Assembly (NCBI GenBank): GCA_965207225.1
Contig: CBDBLV010000005.1
Span: 256,001 to 320,000, forward strand
DNA: 64,000 nt
From: Dehalococcoidia bacterium
Lineage (GTDB): Bacteria > Chloroflexota > Dehalococcoidia > Plut-88900
Reading direction: 5' to 3'
Shown here: in pieces, positions 9,233 through 17,977 of the stretch
Layout: every line of letters begins with the position of its first letter
Numbering within the stretch: the first letter of the stretch is position 1
Translations under genes and position numbers: made by a program
Notes under the pieces: model-generated
Database searches by the model: none
Told to the model about the DNA's origin: nothing
What the model saw: the letters and a program-made list of their open reading frames with translations, nothing else

Positions 9233-10411
9233 CTAAGCCCCCCTCGGCAGCCCCAGCCCCCGAGTCGCGACCACGTTGCGTTGGATCTCCTGGGAGCCCG
9301 ACTCTATGGTGTAGGGCACCGCGAACAGGTACTGGTTCGAGATGAACCCCTGCAGTTCAGCATATTTGGAGCCCGCTTCCAGCTGACCCTTCAGCCCCAT
9401 CACTTCCATCCCCACCCGGGCCAGCTTCTGCGACGTCTGGGTGCTCAGCAGCCTCAGCAGCGATGCTTCCATGTTCGGGACTATGCCCTCGGCCTGCATC
9501 CAGGCGATTCGGTAGGCCATCATGCGGGAGGTCTCCAGGTCGACGGCCACTTCGGCGAGCTTGTGGCGGACTATCGCGTCTTGGGCCAGGGTATGGCCGT
9601 TGACCGTGGTATCGTTGGCGTATCCGATTAGCAGGTCGAGGATGCGCTTGCCACCGGCGGGGTGGGTGATGCCCGTGCGCTCGAAGTCCAGCAGGGTCAT
9701 GGCGACGTACCAGCCCCGGTTCACCTCGCCCAGCACGTTATTCTTCGGGACCCGGACGTTGTCGAAGAACTCCTCGTTGAAGGAGCTCTCGCCGCTCATC
9801 TCCTGGATGGGCCGGACGGTGATGCCCGGCGTGTCCATGTCCAGCAGGAAGAAGGTGATGCCCCGGTGCTTGACGGCCTCGGTGTCCGTGCGGGCCAGCA
9901 GGAACATGTGGTCGGCGAACTGGGCGTAGCTGGACCAGATCTTCTGCCCGTTGATCACGTAGTCGTCGCCGTCCAGCACCGCCCGAGTCTGCAACGAAGC
10001 AAGGTCGGAGCCCGACTCCGGCTCGCTGAACCCCTGGCACCACACTGCTTCACCTCTCGCTATCGCGCCGAGATACGCCCTCTTTTGCTCTTCCGTGCCA
10101 TGGTGCATGAGGGTCGGGCCCAGGAGGTTGAGTCCGAAGGTGTCGATTCCCGGGGCCCCGCGGTACTCCCACTCCTCCTGGAAGATGAGCTGGGATATAG
10201 CGGATGCGCCCTGGCCGCCGTACTCCTCGGGCCAGCCCATGGTGTTCCAGCCCTTCTCGGCGAGCATCTTCCGCCACTTCATCTCCGTTTCCTTGTCGAC
10301 GTGGGCGAAGGATATGGGGCCGCCAATCCAGTCGGAGGGTAGGTTTTCGTCTAGGAAGTCCCTCACCTCCTGGCGAAATGCGGTCTGCTCTTCGGTCAGG
10401 TGCAAGTCCAT
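9233..10411 (-). CDS. acyl-CoA dehydrogenase family protein
   Basis: Start MDLHLT after an AGGAG RBS; WCQGFSEPESGSDLASL, LDFER, IESGSQEIQRN. Confidence 0.95.
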   Translation of the reverse strand: MDLHLTEEQTAFRQEVRDFLDENLPSDWIGGPISFAHVDKETEMKWRKMLAEKGWNTMGWPEEYGGQGASAISQLIFQEEWEYRGAPGIDTFGLNLLGPTLMHHGTEEQKRAYLGAIARGEAVWCQGFSEPESGSDLASLQTRAVLDGDDYVINGQKIWSSYAQFADHMFLLARTDTEAVKHRGITFFLLDMDTPGITVRPIQEMSGESSFNEEFFDNVRVPKNNVLGEVNRGWYVAMTLLDFERTGITHPAGGKRILDLLIGYANDTTVNGHTLAQDAIVRHKLAEVAVDLETSRMMAYRIAWMQAEGIVPNMEASLLRLLSTQTSQKLARVGMEVMGLKGQLEAGSKYAELQGFISNQYLFAVPYTIESGSQEIQRNVVATRGLGLPRGA

Positions 10412-10488
10412 CTGTTCACTCCTTGTTGAGCGGGAATGGGGCAAAGCCCAGGGTCATGATGTCGGGCGGGGTGGGCCGGGTGTCGGGG

Positions 10489-10728
10489 CTAGGGGAGGGA
10501 CACGGCGAGACAGGTCACGGTCTTCACCACGCTGCCCACGGCGTGGATCTTGTTGGTCACCAGCTCTCCGATGGTGTTCACGTCCTGGGCCTCCAGGACG
10601 GCTATCACGTCGTAGGGCCCGACCACGGCGTCCACGGAGGCCACCCCCTCCACTGCTCTCAGGTTGTTTACGACGGTGTTGGTGGTCCCAACTGCGGTCT
10701 CGATGAGAACGAAGGCCTTGTTTGCCAT
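10489..10728 (-). CDS. stand-alone Lrp/AsnC ligand-binding domain protein
   Basis: KAFVLIET...VVGPYDVIA...V.KTVTC; GGAGG RBS. Confidence 0.85.
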   Translation of the reverse strand: MANKAFVLIETAVGTTNTVVNNLRAVEGVASVDAVVGPYDVIAVLEAQDVNTIGELVTNKIHAVGSVVKTVTCLAVSLP

Positions 10729-10909
10729 TTATTCCTCCCCGGTAGCCTGCTCCCCGACGCCTCTGTCGGTGACCGCATTCTAAGTCGGGCGGAAAAATGG
10801 TGTCAAACGTGGTTTATGCCTGCAGGGAAACGCGAAACCAATGCCCTAGCGTGTCCGAAGGCCATATTGTATGGTGGCGACCAACGAAAGCAGGGGAGAG
10901 GGTTTTGGC

Positions 10910-12257
10910 TTGAAGAACCAGGCATGTAGATATGGGAGGTGGCTCGGGGTCCTGGCTGCCCTGGCCGTTGTCGTATTGGTATTGGCATGCGGCGGGGCAC
11001 AGTCGACCATGGAGACTCCAACCTCTGATCCTACCCCCACCGTCCCACCAGCTCCTCCTACTCCCACCCCAACCCCCATCCCCACGTCGATAGCCCCTTC
11101 AGTCCCGGTTTCAGCCACTCAGATAGACGACGATACCACCTGGCAGGAGCTTTTCGACGATTTCACGCCCCGCCGAGCAGGACTGCATTCGCACGGAGGT
11201 CGGGAGTGAGCTGGAGTCGGTTCTGGGCGAACCAGTCATGACGGACGACGACCTGACGGACTGGCAGGTATCCCTCTTCGAGTGCCTGTCCCCCGAGACG
11301 GCCCGTTCCATATACGCTTCCTTGCTGGTTGCGGGGATGGTGAGTGATGAAACTTATGACGTGTCCGAGCAGGAAATTCAATGTGTGAGCGCGTGGGTGG
11401 CGGGCGCCGATGTACACTGGATTATCAGGGGCACGGCCGAAGAGGACCTGACCGTCATGGGCGAGATGTTGTCGGGGGTAGTTCCCTGCCTGCTGGATTT
11501 CTTCATGCCGGAGTTCCTTGCGGAGGTGGGCATTGACGCCGACACCCTGACGGATGATGAGCTGACCTGCCTGAACGAGTGGATGGTGGGATATGACTGG
11601 TCTAACTTAATTACGGGCTTGTTGGAAGACGACCTGGGCGTGATGGGCGAATTCCTTCCCGGCTTGATAAGCTGCGCCCCGGGTCCCTTCCTGGCGTTGA
11701 TGTTCGAAGACTTTGGGATCGACGTGGAAGCGCTGACTGATGAAGAGAAGAAATGCCTGGAAGATTGGCTGATAGACTTTGATTGGGACGCTGTCCTAGC
11801 CGCGATGACTGCTGTGGCTTTCGCGGATGAAGACGAGGCATACACCATCCTCGCCGAGGCCTTTGGCCTCCTGACCTGCGTTCCCGATCTATCCTTGTAT
11901 GAAAACGTCGGCTCCGGCGGTCCTGATGACCACGGTGACAGCATTACAGACGCCTCTCATATCGGCGTCGGGGAATCCATCGAGGGCGCCATCGACTACG
12001 AGTACGACGTAGACCTGTTCGAGCTAACGGCGGATGCAGGTCAGGTCTACCAGATCGACGTTTCCCTGGGCACCCTGGAAGACTCCGTGCTTGCCATCTA
12101 TGATGCCGACGGTTGGGAAGTCGCATACAACGACGATTACGGTGAAGGGTTGGCCTCACGCATTGTATGGGAGCCGGATGCCACCGGGGTCTACTACGTC
12201 GAGGTGTCAGGGCTTTTCTCCACGGGTTCATATGCGCTGACCATCATGGGCCAGTAG
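10910..12257 (+). pseudogene. acidic Cys-repeat lipoprotein with C-terminal PPC-like domain; frameshifted at 11168-11171
   Basis: Lipobox VLAC and a Pro/Thr linker; removing one C from CCCC joins ...DDFTP to AEQDCIRTEVG...MTDDD (ORF 11238..12257); C-terminal DVDLF...DSVLAIYD...NDD...YYVEV resembles a PPC domain. Confidence 0.7.
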
Positions 12258-12451
12258 AGGGCGAGCCGGGTGTCGGGCGGAGACTAGCCGAGCTAGCGAC
12301 TTAAACAGGACTACCCCCCGCTCATACTTCGACTAAGCTCAGCACGAGCGGCCCCGCGTGTTCTTCCTGGACACCGCCAAGGTCCACCTTGTGAAGCCCG
12401 ACCCCCTGATATACGATGCACCCGACCAACCTGAACTGGAGGAAACCCGAT

Positions 12452-12847
12452 ATGGCACTGACCCTGGACGAGTCAATCAAGCTGTGTGAAGCCGCCATAG
12501 CTAAGGCAAACGAGCTGGGAATCAAGATAAGTGTAGCCGTCTGTGACCCGGGCGGAAAACTGAAAGCCTTCGCCAGGATGGATGGGGCTATCTGGGCCAG
12601 CGTCTACGGCTCCCAGGGCAAGGCCACGACGTCCGTCGGGTTCGGCAGGCCCAGCGTGATGCTCCAGGAGAGAGCAGACCACCCGACCATCAAGGGAATC
12701 ATCGCCGCTTCGGGAAGCAACATGATCCCGGGCCAGGGTGCTATACCCGTCATCAGGAACGGTGTCGTGGAGGGGGCCTGCGGGGTGGGCGGGGGCACGG
12801 GTGAGGAAGACGAGATCTGCGCCCAGGCGGCCGTGGACTCTTTATAA
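12452..12847 (+). CDS. GlcG/HbpS-family heme-binding protein
   Basis: ISVAVCDPGG..RMDGA..KATTS..GAIPV..GACGVGGG..DE; GGAGG RBS. Confidence 0.88.
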   Translation: MALTLDESIKLCEAAIAKANELGIKISVAVCDPGGKLKAFARMDGAIWASVYGSQGKATTSVGFGRPSVMLQERADHPTIKGIIAASGSNMIPGQGAIPVIRNGVVEGACGVGGGTGEEDEICAQAAVDSL

Positions 12848-12944
12848 CTTTACCTCCCCCCCGCTCGCACTCCTTGGGGGACTCGGGGCTGGCTTAAGAG
12901 AGCCTCAGCACGAGCGGCCTAACCCCCCGACACCGCCGCAAGGC

Positions 12945-14453
12945 TTAGTCCGACCGGTAGTACTCCATGCCCAGGTGGGTGATCTGCTCTTCGCCCATCA
13001 GCCAGCGTAGGGTGTTCTTCAGCTTGGTCTGCTGGATGAAAAGGTCGTGCTCCGGGTATACAGATGGCGCGTGCTGGGGGCTCTTGAAGTAGAAGGATAG
13101 CCACTCCTGGATGCCCGCCAGCCCCGACCTCTGCGCCAGGTCCATGAACAGCACGAGGTCCAGCACCAGCGGCGCCGCCAGGATGGAGTCCGAGCACAGG
13201 AAATTGACCTTTAGCTGCATCCGCTTCCCCAGCCACCCAAAGAGGTCGATGTTGTCCCAGCCCTCCTTGTTGTCGCCTCTCGGGGGATAGTAGTTGATGC
13301 GCACCTTGTGGTAGGCGTCCGAGTAAAGCTCGGGGTACAGTTCGGGTTGCAGGATGTACTCCAGCACCCCCAGCTTAGACTCCTCTTTCGTCCTGAAGTT
13401 CTCGGGTTCGTCCAGCACCTCGCCGTCCCGGTTCCCGAGGATGTTCGTCGAGAACCAGCCGTCCATGCCCAGCATCCGGGCCTTGAGCATCGGGCCGATG
13501 ACCGTCTTGACCAGGGTCTGGCCGGTCTTGAAATCCTTGCCGCATACGGGCACGCCATTGTCTCGGGCCAGCTTCTCCAGCGCGGGGATGTCGACGGTCA
13601 GGTTGGGAGCGCCGTTGGCAAAGGGCACGCCCTCCATCAGCGCGGCGTAGGCGTATATCATCGAGGGGGCGATCTTCTCATCGTTGTCATGCAGTGCCCC
13701 AACGAAATCTTCGATACCCTGGTGCACCTCGTTTTCCGTAACGAATTTTTCGGTCGAGGCGCACCAGACCATGACCAGGCGGTCGCAGCCGTTTTCCTCT
13801 TTGAAACGACGGATGTCGCTGCGGATGGCATCAACGGCGGCCAGCTTGGAGTCCATCGACTTGACGTTCACGCCATCGATGCGCTTCACGTAGTCCTGGT
13901 CGAATACGGCCGGCATGGGCTCGATGGACTTCAGGAAGTCGGCGATGGGTTCCACCTGGTCGTATCGGTCCAGGACCCCGGCCTTTGAGGCTGCCTGGTA
14001 GGCGTTGTCGGGTATCGGGTCCCAGGCCCCGAAGACCAACTGGTCCAGGTCGGCCAAGGGCACGAAGTCCTTTATGAGCGGGGTCCGGCCGTCGGGCCTT
14101 TTGCCCAGGCGGATCGTAGCCATCTGGGACACCGACCCCACCGGGCTCCCCGTGCCCCGACGTATGTGCTCCACGCCCGCGATGAAGGTGGATGACACCG
14201 CCCCCAGCCCCACCAGCAGCACCCCGAGCTTGCCGTCGGCGGGTTGGATGTCGGGGGCGCCGGGCGCCACGAAGTCCTTGGGTTCCAGGGCTATACCCTG
14301 CTGGTAAGCAAGTTCCAAGAGCTTTTCGTGCCACTGGGCCGGGATCCGGGCCGTCCTCACCCAGTGCTGCACCGTGCTCTGTCGCTTGCCCAGCAGTGCT
14401 GCCAGCGCTGACTGCCCACCGAATCGTTCGATTATCTGCTTTGCGTTATTCAT
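12945..14453 (-). CDS. ino1: myo-inositol-1-phosphate synthase with N-terminal Cro/YdaS-like HTH fusion
   Basis: VGLGAV Rossmann motif, WCASTE, NGAP, GKDFKTGQT, NILGNRDG, DSILAAP, SFYFKSP; first ~60 aa (IIERFGGQSALAALLGKRQSTVQHW...IP) are Cro-like HTH. Confidence 0.92.
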   Translation of the reverse strand: MNNAKQIIERFGGQSALAALLGKRQSTVQHWVRTARIPAQWHEKLLELAYQQGIALEPKDFVAPGAPDIQPADGKLGVLLVGLGAVSSTFIAGVEHIRRGTGSPVGSVSQMATIRLGKRPDGRTPLIKDFVPLADLDQLVFGAWDPIPDNAYQAASKAGVLDRYDQVEPIADFLKSIEPMPAVFDQDYVKRIDGVNVKSMDSKLAAVDAIRSDIRRFKEENGCDRLVMVWCASTEKFVTENEVHQGIEDFVGALHDNDEKIAPSMIYAYAALMEGVPFANGAPNLTVDIPALEKLARDNGVPVCGKDFKTGQTLVKTVIGPMLKARMLGMDGWFSTNILGNRDGEVLDEPENFRTKEESKLGVLEYILQPELYPELYSDAYHKVRINYYPPRGDNKEGWDNIDLFGWLGKRMQLKVNFLCSDSILAAPLVLDLVLFMDLAQRSGLAGIQEWLSFYFKSPQHAPSVYPEHDLFIQQTKLKNTLRWLMGEEQITHLGMEYYRSD

Positions 14454-14461
14454 AATTGGCA

Positions 14462-14490
14462 ATTGTAACGATATTTTCGTTATCAGTCAA
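14462..14490 (-). promoter_or_regulatory. sigma70-type promoter of HTH-ino1 with embedded palindromic operator
   Basis: TTGACT (14490-14485), 17 nt, TACAAT (14467-14462), then 8 nt to the ATG; inverted repeat TAACGA-N5-TCGTTA at 14466-14482. Confidence 0.75.
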
Positions 14491-14547
14491 TCTTGAACCA
14501 GCAGTACCAGACAAGGTGAGATACAATCTGCCCACGAGAGAAACCTT

Positions 14548-14931
14548 GTGACTACCAGTGAAACCAACCCCGACCTCATATTCGCCGACGCCCGCCGAAT
14601 GTATTCTTCGGCCATGCACCGCATGGACGCCGACGACATCCGTGATGCCGCAGAAAAGGCTTGGTGCGCCACCCTCCGCGCCACCGAGGCCCTGGTCCTG
14701 GCCCGGACCGGCCAGTCTCCCGCCACATCTACCGCCGCCGGTAGAAGGCTGCGCTTGCTAGTAGAGACTAATCCTTCATTGGAAGCCCTCTCGCTCCGGT
14801 ACTCCGATCGCCTAGTAGTCCTCCGCGACGAATGCCTCCGCCATGAATACTGCCAGCCCGTCGTGACCGAGCGGCTCATTCGCGAGACTCCTGACTACAT
14901 CCGGGACGCCGAAGCCCTGTCCCACAACTAG
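14548..14931 (+). CDS. PaREP1/HEPN-like small protein
   Basis: DIRDAAEKAWCA resembles the PaREP1 QASEKAWGA motif; paralog at 35487..35873. Confidence 0.7.
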   Translation: MTTSETNPDLIFADARRMYSSAMHRMDADDIRDAAEKAWCATLRATEALVLARTGQSPATSTAAGRRLRLLVETNPSLEALSLRYSDRLVVLRDECLRHEYCQPVVTERLIRETPDYIRDAEALSHN

Positions 14932-15043
14932 CCCAACCCCATCCCCTGCAGGGGCAATCCCTCGTGGCTGTCCTAGGCCGCTACCTACCCTACCCCCGTC
15001 CCTTTGGCCCCACCCCCTGCCCTGCCCGTATAATGACCTCATC

Positions 15044-15679
15044 ATGGTTAGTGGAATCAATCCCGAAAACGTCAGCGGGGTGGCCCTGGCCGGGGGAATG
15101 AGCAGGAGGCTCGGGAGGAACAAGGCCGTCGAGGAGATAGGTGGCGAGCGGCTTATCGAGCGGGTCATCAACAGGCTGTCCGAGGTTAGCTCCGAGACGG
15201 TCGTCGTGGTGGCGGAGGAGTCCCGGGCCCAGGCCCTCGACCTGCCCGACGGGGTACGCACCGCCGCCGACATCTATCCGGGCCACGGGTCCCTGGGCGG
15301 CATCTTCACCGGTCTCTCCGCCGCCCGCGGAGACTGCGGCATAGTCGTGGCTTGCGACATGCCCTTTCTCAATACCGGCCTGCTCCAGTTCATGGTCGAC
15401 CTCGCACCCGATTTCGACGTGGTAGTCCCGAGGGTCGACGGCAGGCCCGAGCCCCTGCACGCCATATATTCGAAAAGCTGCCTCGAACCGATAGAGAGCA
15501 GGTTGAAGCGGCAGGACCTGAAGATCGCCCTCTTTTTCGAGGAGGTCAGAGTCGCTTATGTGGACGAGGATGACATAGACCTCTTCGACCCGGAGCGGCT
15601 GAGCTTCTTCAACGTCAACACCCAGGAAGACCTGGACAAGGCCCTGGCCCTTGAGGCACAGGGCTATTCCGACGAGTAG
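15044..15679 (+). CDS. mobA: molybdenum cofactor guanylyltransferase
   Basis: LAGGMSRRLGRNKA, GSLGGI, VACDMPF, EPLHAIY, FFNVNTQED. Confidence 0.93.
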   Translation: MVSGINPENVSGVALAGGMSRRLGRNKAVEEIGGERLIERVINRLSEVSSETVVVVAEESRAQALDLPDGVRTAADIYPGHGSLGGIFTGLSAARGDCGIVVACDMPFLNTGLLQFMVDLAPDFDVVVPRVDGRPEPLHAIYSKSCLEPIESRLKRQDLKIALFFEEVRVAYVDEDDIDLFDPERLSFFNVNTQEDLDKALALEAQGYSDE

Positions 15680-15687
15680 CAGTCCTC

Positions 15688-17475
15688 ATGCACGCGTATT
15701 GCGGCCAGGTCCTGGTCATCGACCTTCCCAGCGGAGCGTCTACGTTCGAGCCCCTCACGCCCGAGGAGCAGGTCTCCTTCATCGGTGGGGCGGGGCTGGG
15801 GGCATGGTTGCTCTACAGGCACTGCCCTCCGGGGGTCGACCCCCTCTCTCCAGAGTCCCCGTTAATCTTCGCCTGGGGCCCGTTCTTCGGGGCGGGGGTG
15901 CCGGGCTCGGCGAAGATGGCCGTGGCGTGCAAGTCGCCGCTCACGGGATTCGTCGGCGACTCCCTGTCCTCTGGACCCGTGGCAGAAGAGCTGTCCCGGA
16001 TGCCTTTCGATGCACTGGTCATCAAGGGCCGGGCGTCGGGACCCGCGGTGCTGCACATTGATGGTGAGTCGGTCAAAGTGCTGGATGCCGGAGAGTTGGC
16101 AGGTCTGTCGGCACAGGAAACCGCCACAAAGATGAACTCCATTGCCGGCTTTAGTGAGGCCCAGGTCGCGGTCATTGGCCCGGCCGGCGAGGCCCTGGTC
16201 AGCTTTGCCTGCATCAGCAACGGGGGTCGGCAGGCAGGAAGAACCGGCGCGGGCGCGGTGATGGGCTCGAAGAACCTGAAGGCCATAGCCATGCACGGCA
16301 ATGCAACTCTCCCAACCCCCCACCCCGATCTCGCTAACTTGAATGTAAGGCTCGGACGGGCCATGGAATCCAAGTCCACTGCCAAGTACCGGGGCCCGGG
16401 CACCGTGGGCAACCTGGCCAAGTTGAACGCGGCGGGCGCCCTCCCCGCATATAACTTCCGCCAGTACACCTTTGACGGCGCAGATAGGCTGAGCGTCGAG
16501 AGCTTGGAAAAGAGACGAGGCCAAGGCTCGGGTGGGATGTCCCGGGAGTGGGAGCATGTCTACTCGGCCAGGGGGCGCAGGGGAAGGACCCGGCTGGAGT
16601 ACGAGAGCCTCTTCGCCTTCGGCCCGATGTGCGGAATCAGCGACCCCGACATCGTAATCCGGGCGGCGGGTCTGTGCGATGACCTGGGCATCGACACCAT
16701 AAGCACCGGCGGCACCATTGCCTGGGCCATGGAGTCCTTTGAACGCGGACTCCTCACAATTGCCGACACAGGTGGCCTGGACCTGCGCTTTGGCAACGGG
16801 GATGCGCTGCTTGCGGCCATCGAGTCGATAGGGCATAGGGAGGGTATCGGGGAGCTTTTGTCGCAGGGCAGCCGAGGGGCAGCGGCCCAACTCGGCGGCG
16901 TCTCCGAGGCATGGGCCATGCACGTCAAGGGGCTGGAGATGCCTGGCTACCATCCCGGCAACCTTCGGCACCTGGCCCTCGCCCTTGCAGTCAGCCCCCG
17001 GGGCGCGTGCCATAACCGGGCCTCGGCCTACGATTTCGACCTCAGCGACGAGGATGCGTACCATGCCGACGCCTCGCAGATTGGCTTGGCCGTCGCCGAT
17101 GCCGAAGACTTCGCCGCCGTACTGGACTCTCTTGTCCTCTCCAAATTCGTGCGCCGTGCCCTGCGAGACTTCTTCCCTGAAGCTGCCCGGGTCTACCGCC
17201 TCGCCACGGGCCATGATATCGGCCCGGAAGATTTGCGGGCCTCGGGGGAGCGGATAAACCTGGTCCGCAAAGCTTTTAACGTCCGGGAGGGTTGGAGTCG
17301 AGAAGATGACACCCTCCCACCCCGCATCTTCGAGGGTGGTGTGGTGTCGGAGGCTGGCCTGGAAGAAATGATCGGGGCGTATTACGGCGCCCGGGGGTGG
17401 GGCAGGGAGGGGTTGCCAAGTCGGGACTCGCTCCGCGCTCTAGGCCTGAACATGCCGTCTGAAACACCTGTATAA
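15688..17475 (+). CDS. aldehyde:ferredoxin oxidoreductase (tungstopterin) family protein lacking the Fe-S cysteines
   Basis: KSPLTG, GRTGAGAVMGSKNLKA, EYES, CDDLGIDTIS, HVKGLEMPGY, RGACH, DDTLPPR. Confidence 0.9.
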   Translation: MHAYCGQVLVIDLPSGASTFEPLTPEEQVSFIGGAGLGAWLLYRHCPPGVDPLSPESPLIFAWGPFFGAGVPGSAKMAVACKSPLTGFVGDSLSSGPVAEELSRMPFDALVIKGRASGPAVLHIDGESVKVLDAGELAGLSAQETATKMNSIAGFSEAQVAVIGPAGEALVSFACISNGGRQAGRTGAGAVMGSKNLKAIAMHGNATLPTPHPDLANLNVRLGRAMESKSTAKYRGPGTVGNLAKLNAAGALPAYNFRQYTFDGADRLSVESLEKRRGQGSGGMSREWEHVYSARGRRGRTRLEYESLFAFGPMCGISDPDIVIRAAGLCDDLGIDTISTGGTIAWAMESFERGLLTIADTGGLDLRFGNGDALLAAIESIGHREGIGELLSQGSRGAAAQLGGVSEAWAMHVKGLEMPGYHPGNLRHLALALAVSPRGACHNRASAYDFDLSDEDAYHADASQIGLAVADAEDFAAVLDSLVLSKFVRRALRDFFPEAARVYRLATGHDIGPEDLRASGERINLVRKAFNVREGWSREDDTLPPRIFEGGVVSEAGLEEMIGAYYGARGWGREGLPSRDSLRALGLNMPSETPV

Positions 17476-17503
17476 TCTGCGCCACTCCCTGCTTGGAGGA
17501 GCC

Positions 17504-17977
17504 TTGGACAGGGAACATATCAAAGAGGTGCTCGGCGGCTTTCCGCGTCACAGGACCCACCTGCTTCCCGCTTTGCGCGCCGTCCAGGAGGAGCTGCACT
17601 GGCTCCCGACCTGGGCCATGGAGGAGATCGGCGCCTACCTGCGGGTCCCGAAGAGCGAGGTTCACGGCGTCGCATCGTCCTTCCCTGAGCTCCGGCTGAA
17701 GGAGCCCGGCCGATTCGTTCTGAGGGTATGCACGGGCCTGGCCTGCTACCTGCAAGGCAGCGCCGAAATCCTGAAGGCCGTGAGTGGGGACCTGGGCATA
17801 GGGGTCGGGGAGACCACCGACGACGGCGCCATAACCCTGGAAGAGGCCCCCTGCCTGTTCGTGTGCGCCATGGCCCCGGCCATGGAACTGGGCGGTGGCC
17901 CCTTCGGCAGGCTCACCCCCGAGGACGCCGTGGCCCGACTCCAGGCCATCCCCCGGTTCCCCCCACCCCAGCCATGA
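17504..17977 (+). CDS. NuoE/FdsG-like [2Fe-2S] subunit
   Basis: LLPALRAVQEELHWLP; CTGLAC...CLFVC ligands. Confidence 0.9.
   Translation: MDREHIKEVLGGFPRHRTHLLPALRAVQEELHWLPTWAMEEIGAYLRVPKSEVHGVASSFPELRLKEPGRFVLRVCTGLACYLQGSAEILKAVSGDLGIGVGETTDDGAITLEEAPCLFVCAMAPAMELGGGPFGRLTPEDAVARLQAIPRFPPPQP

Noticed and set aside
14270-14931. Prophage immunity region (cro/cI divergent pair)
   Set aside because: The Cro-like domain is fused to Ino1, the divergent gene is not a repressor, and no phage genes are nearby.
17728-17973. N-terminal extension of the NuoF-like ORF
   Set aside because: It overlaps the NuoE-like gene in another frame; the ATGA coupling at 17974 is the likelier start.
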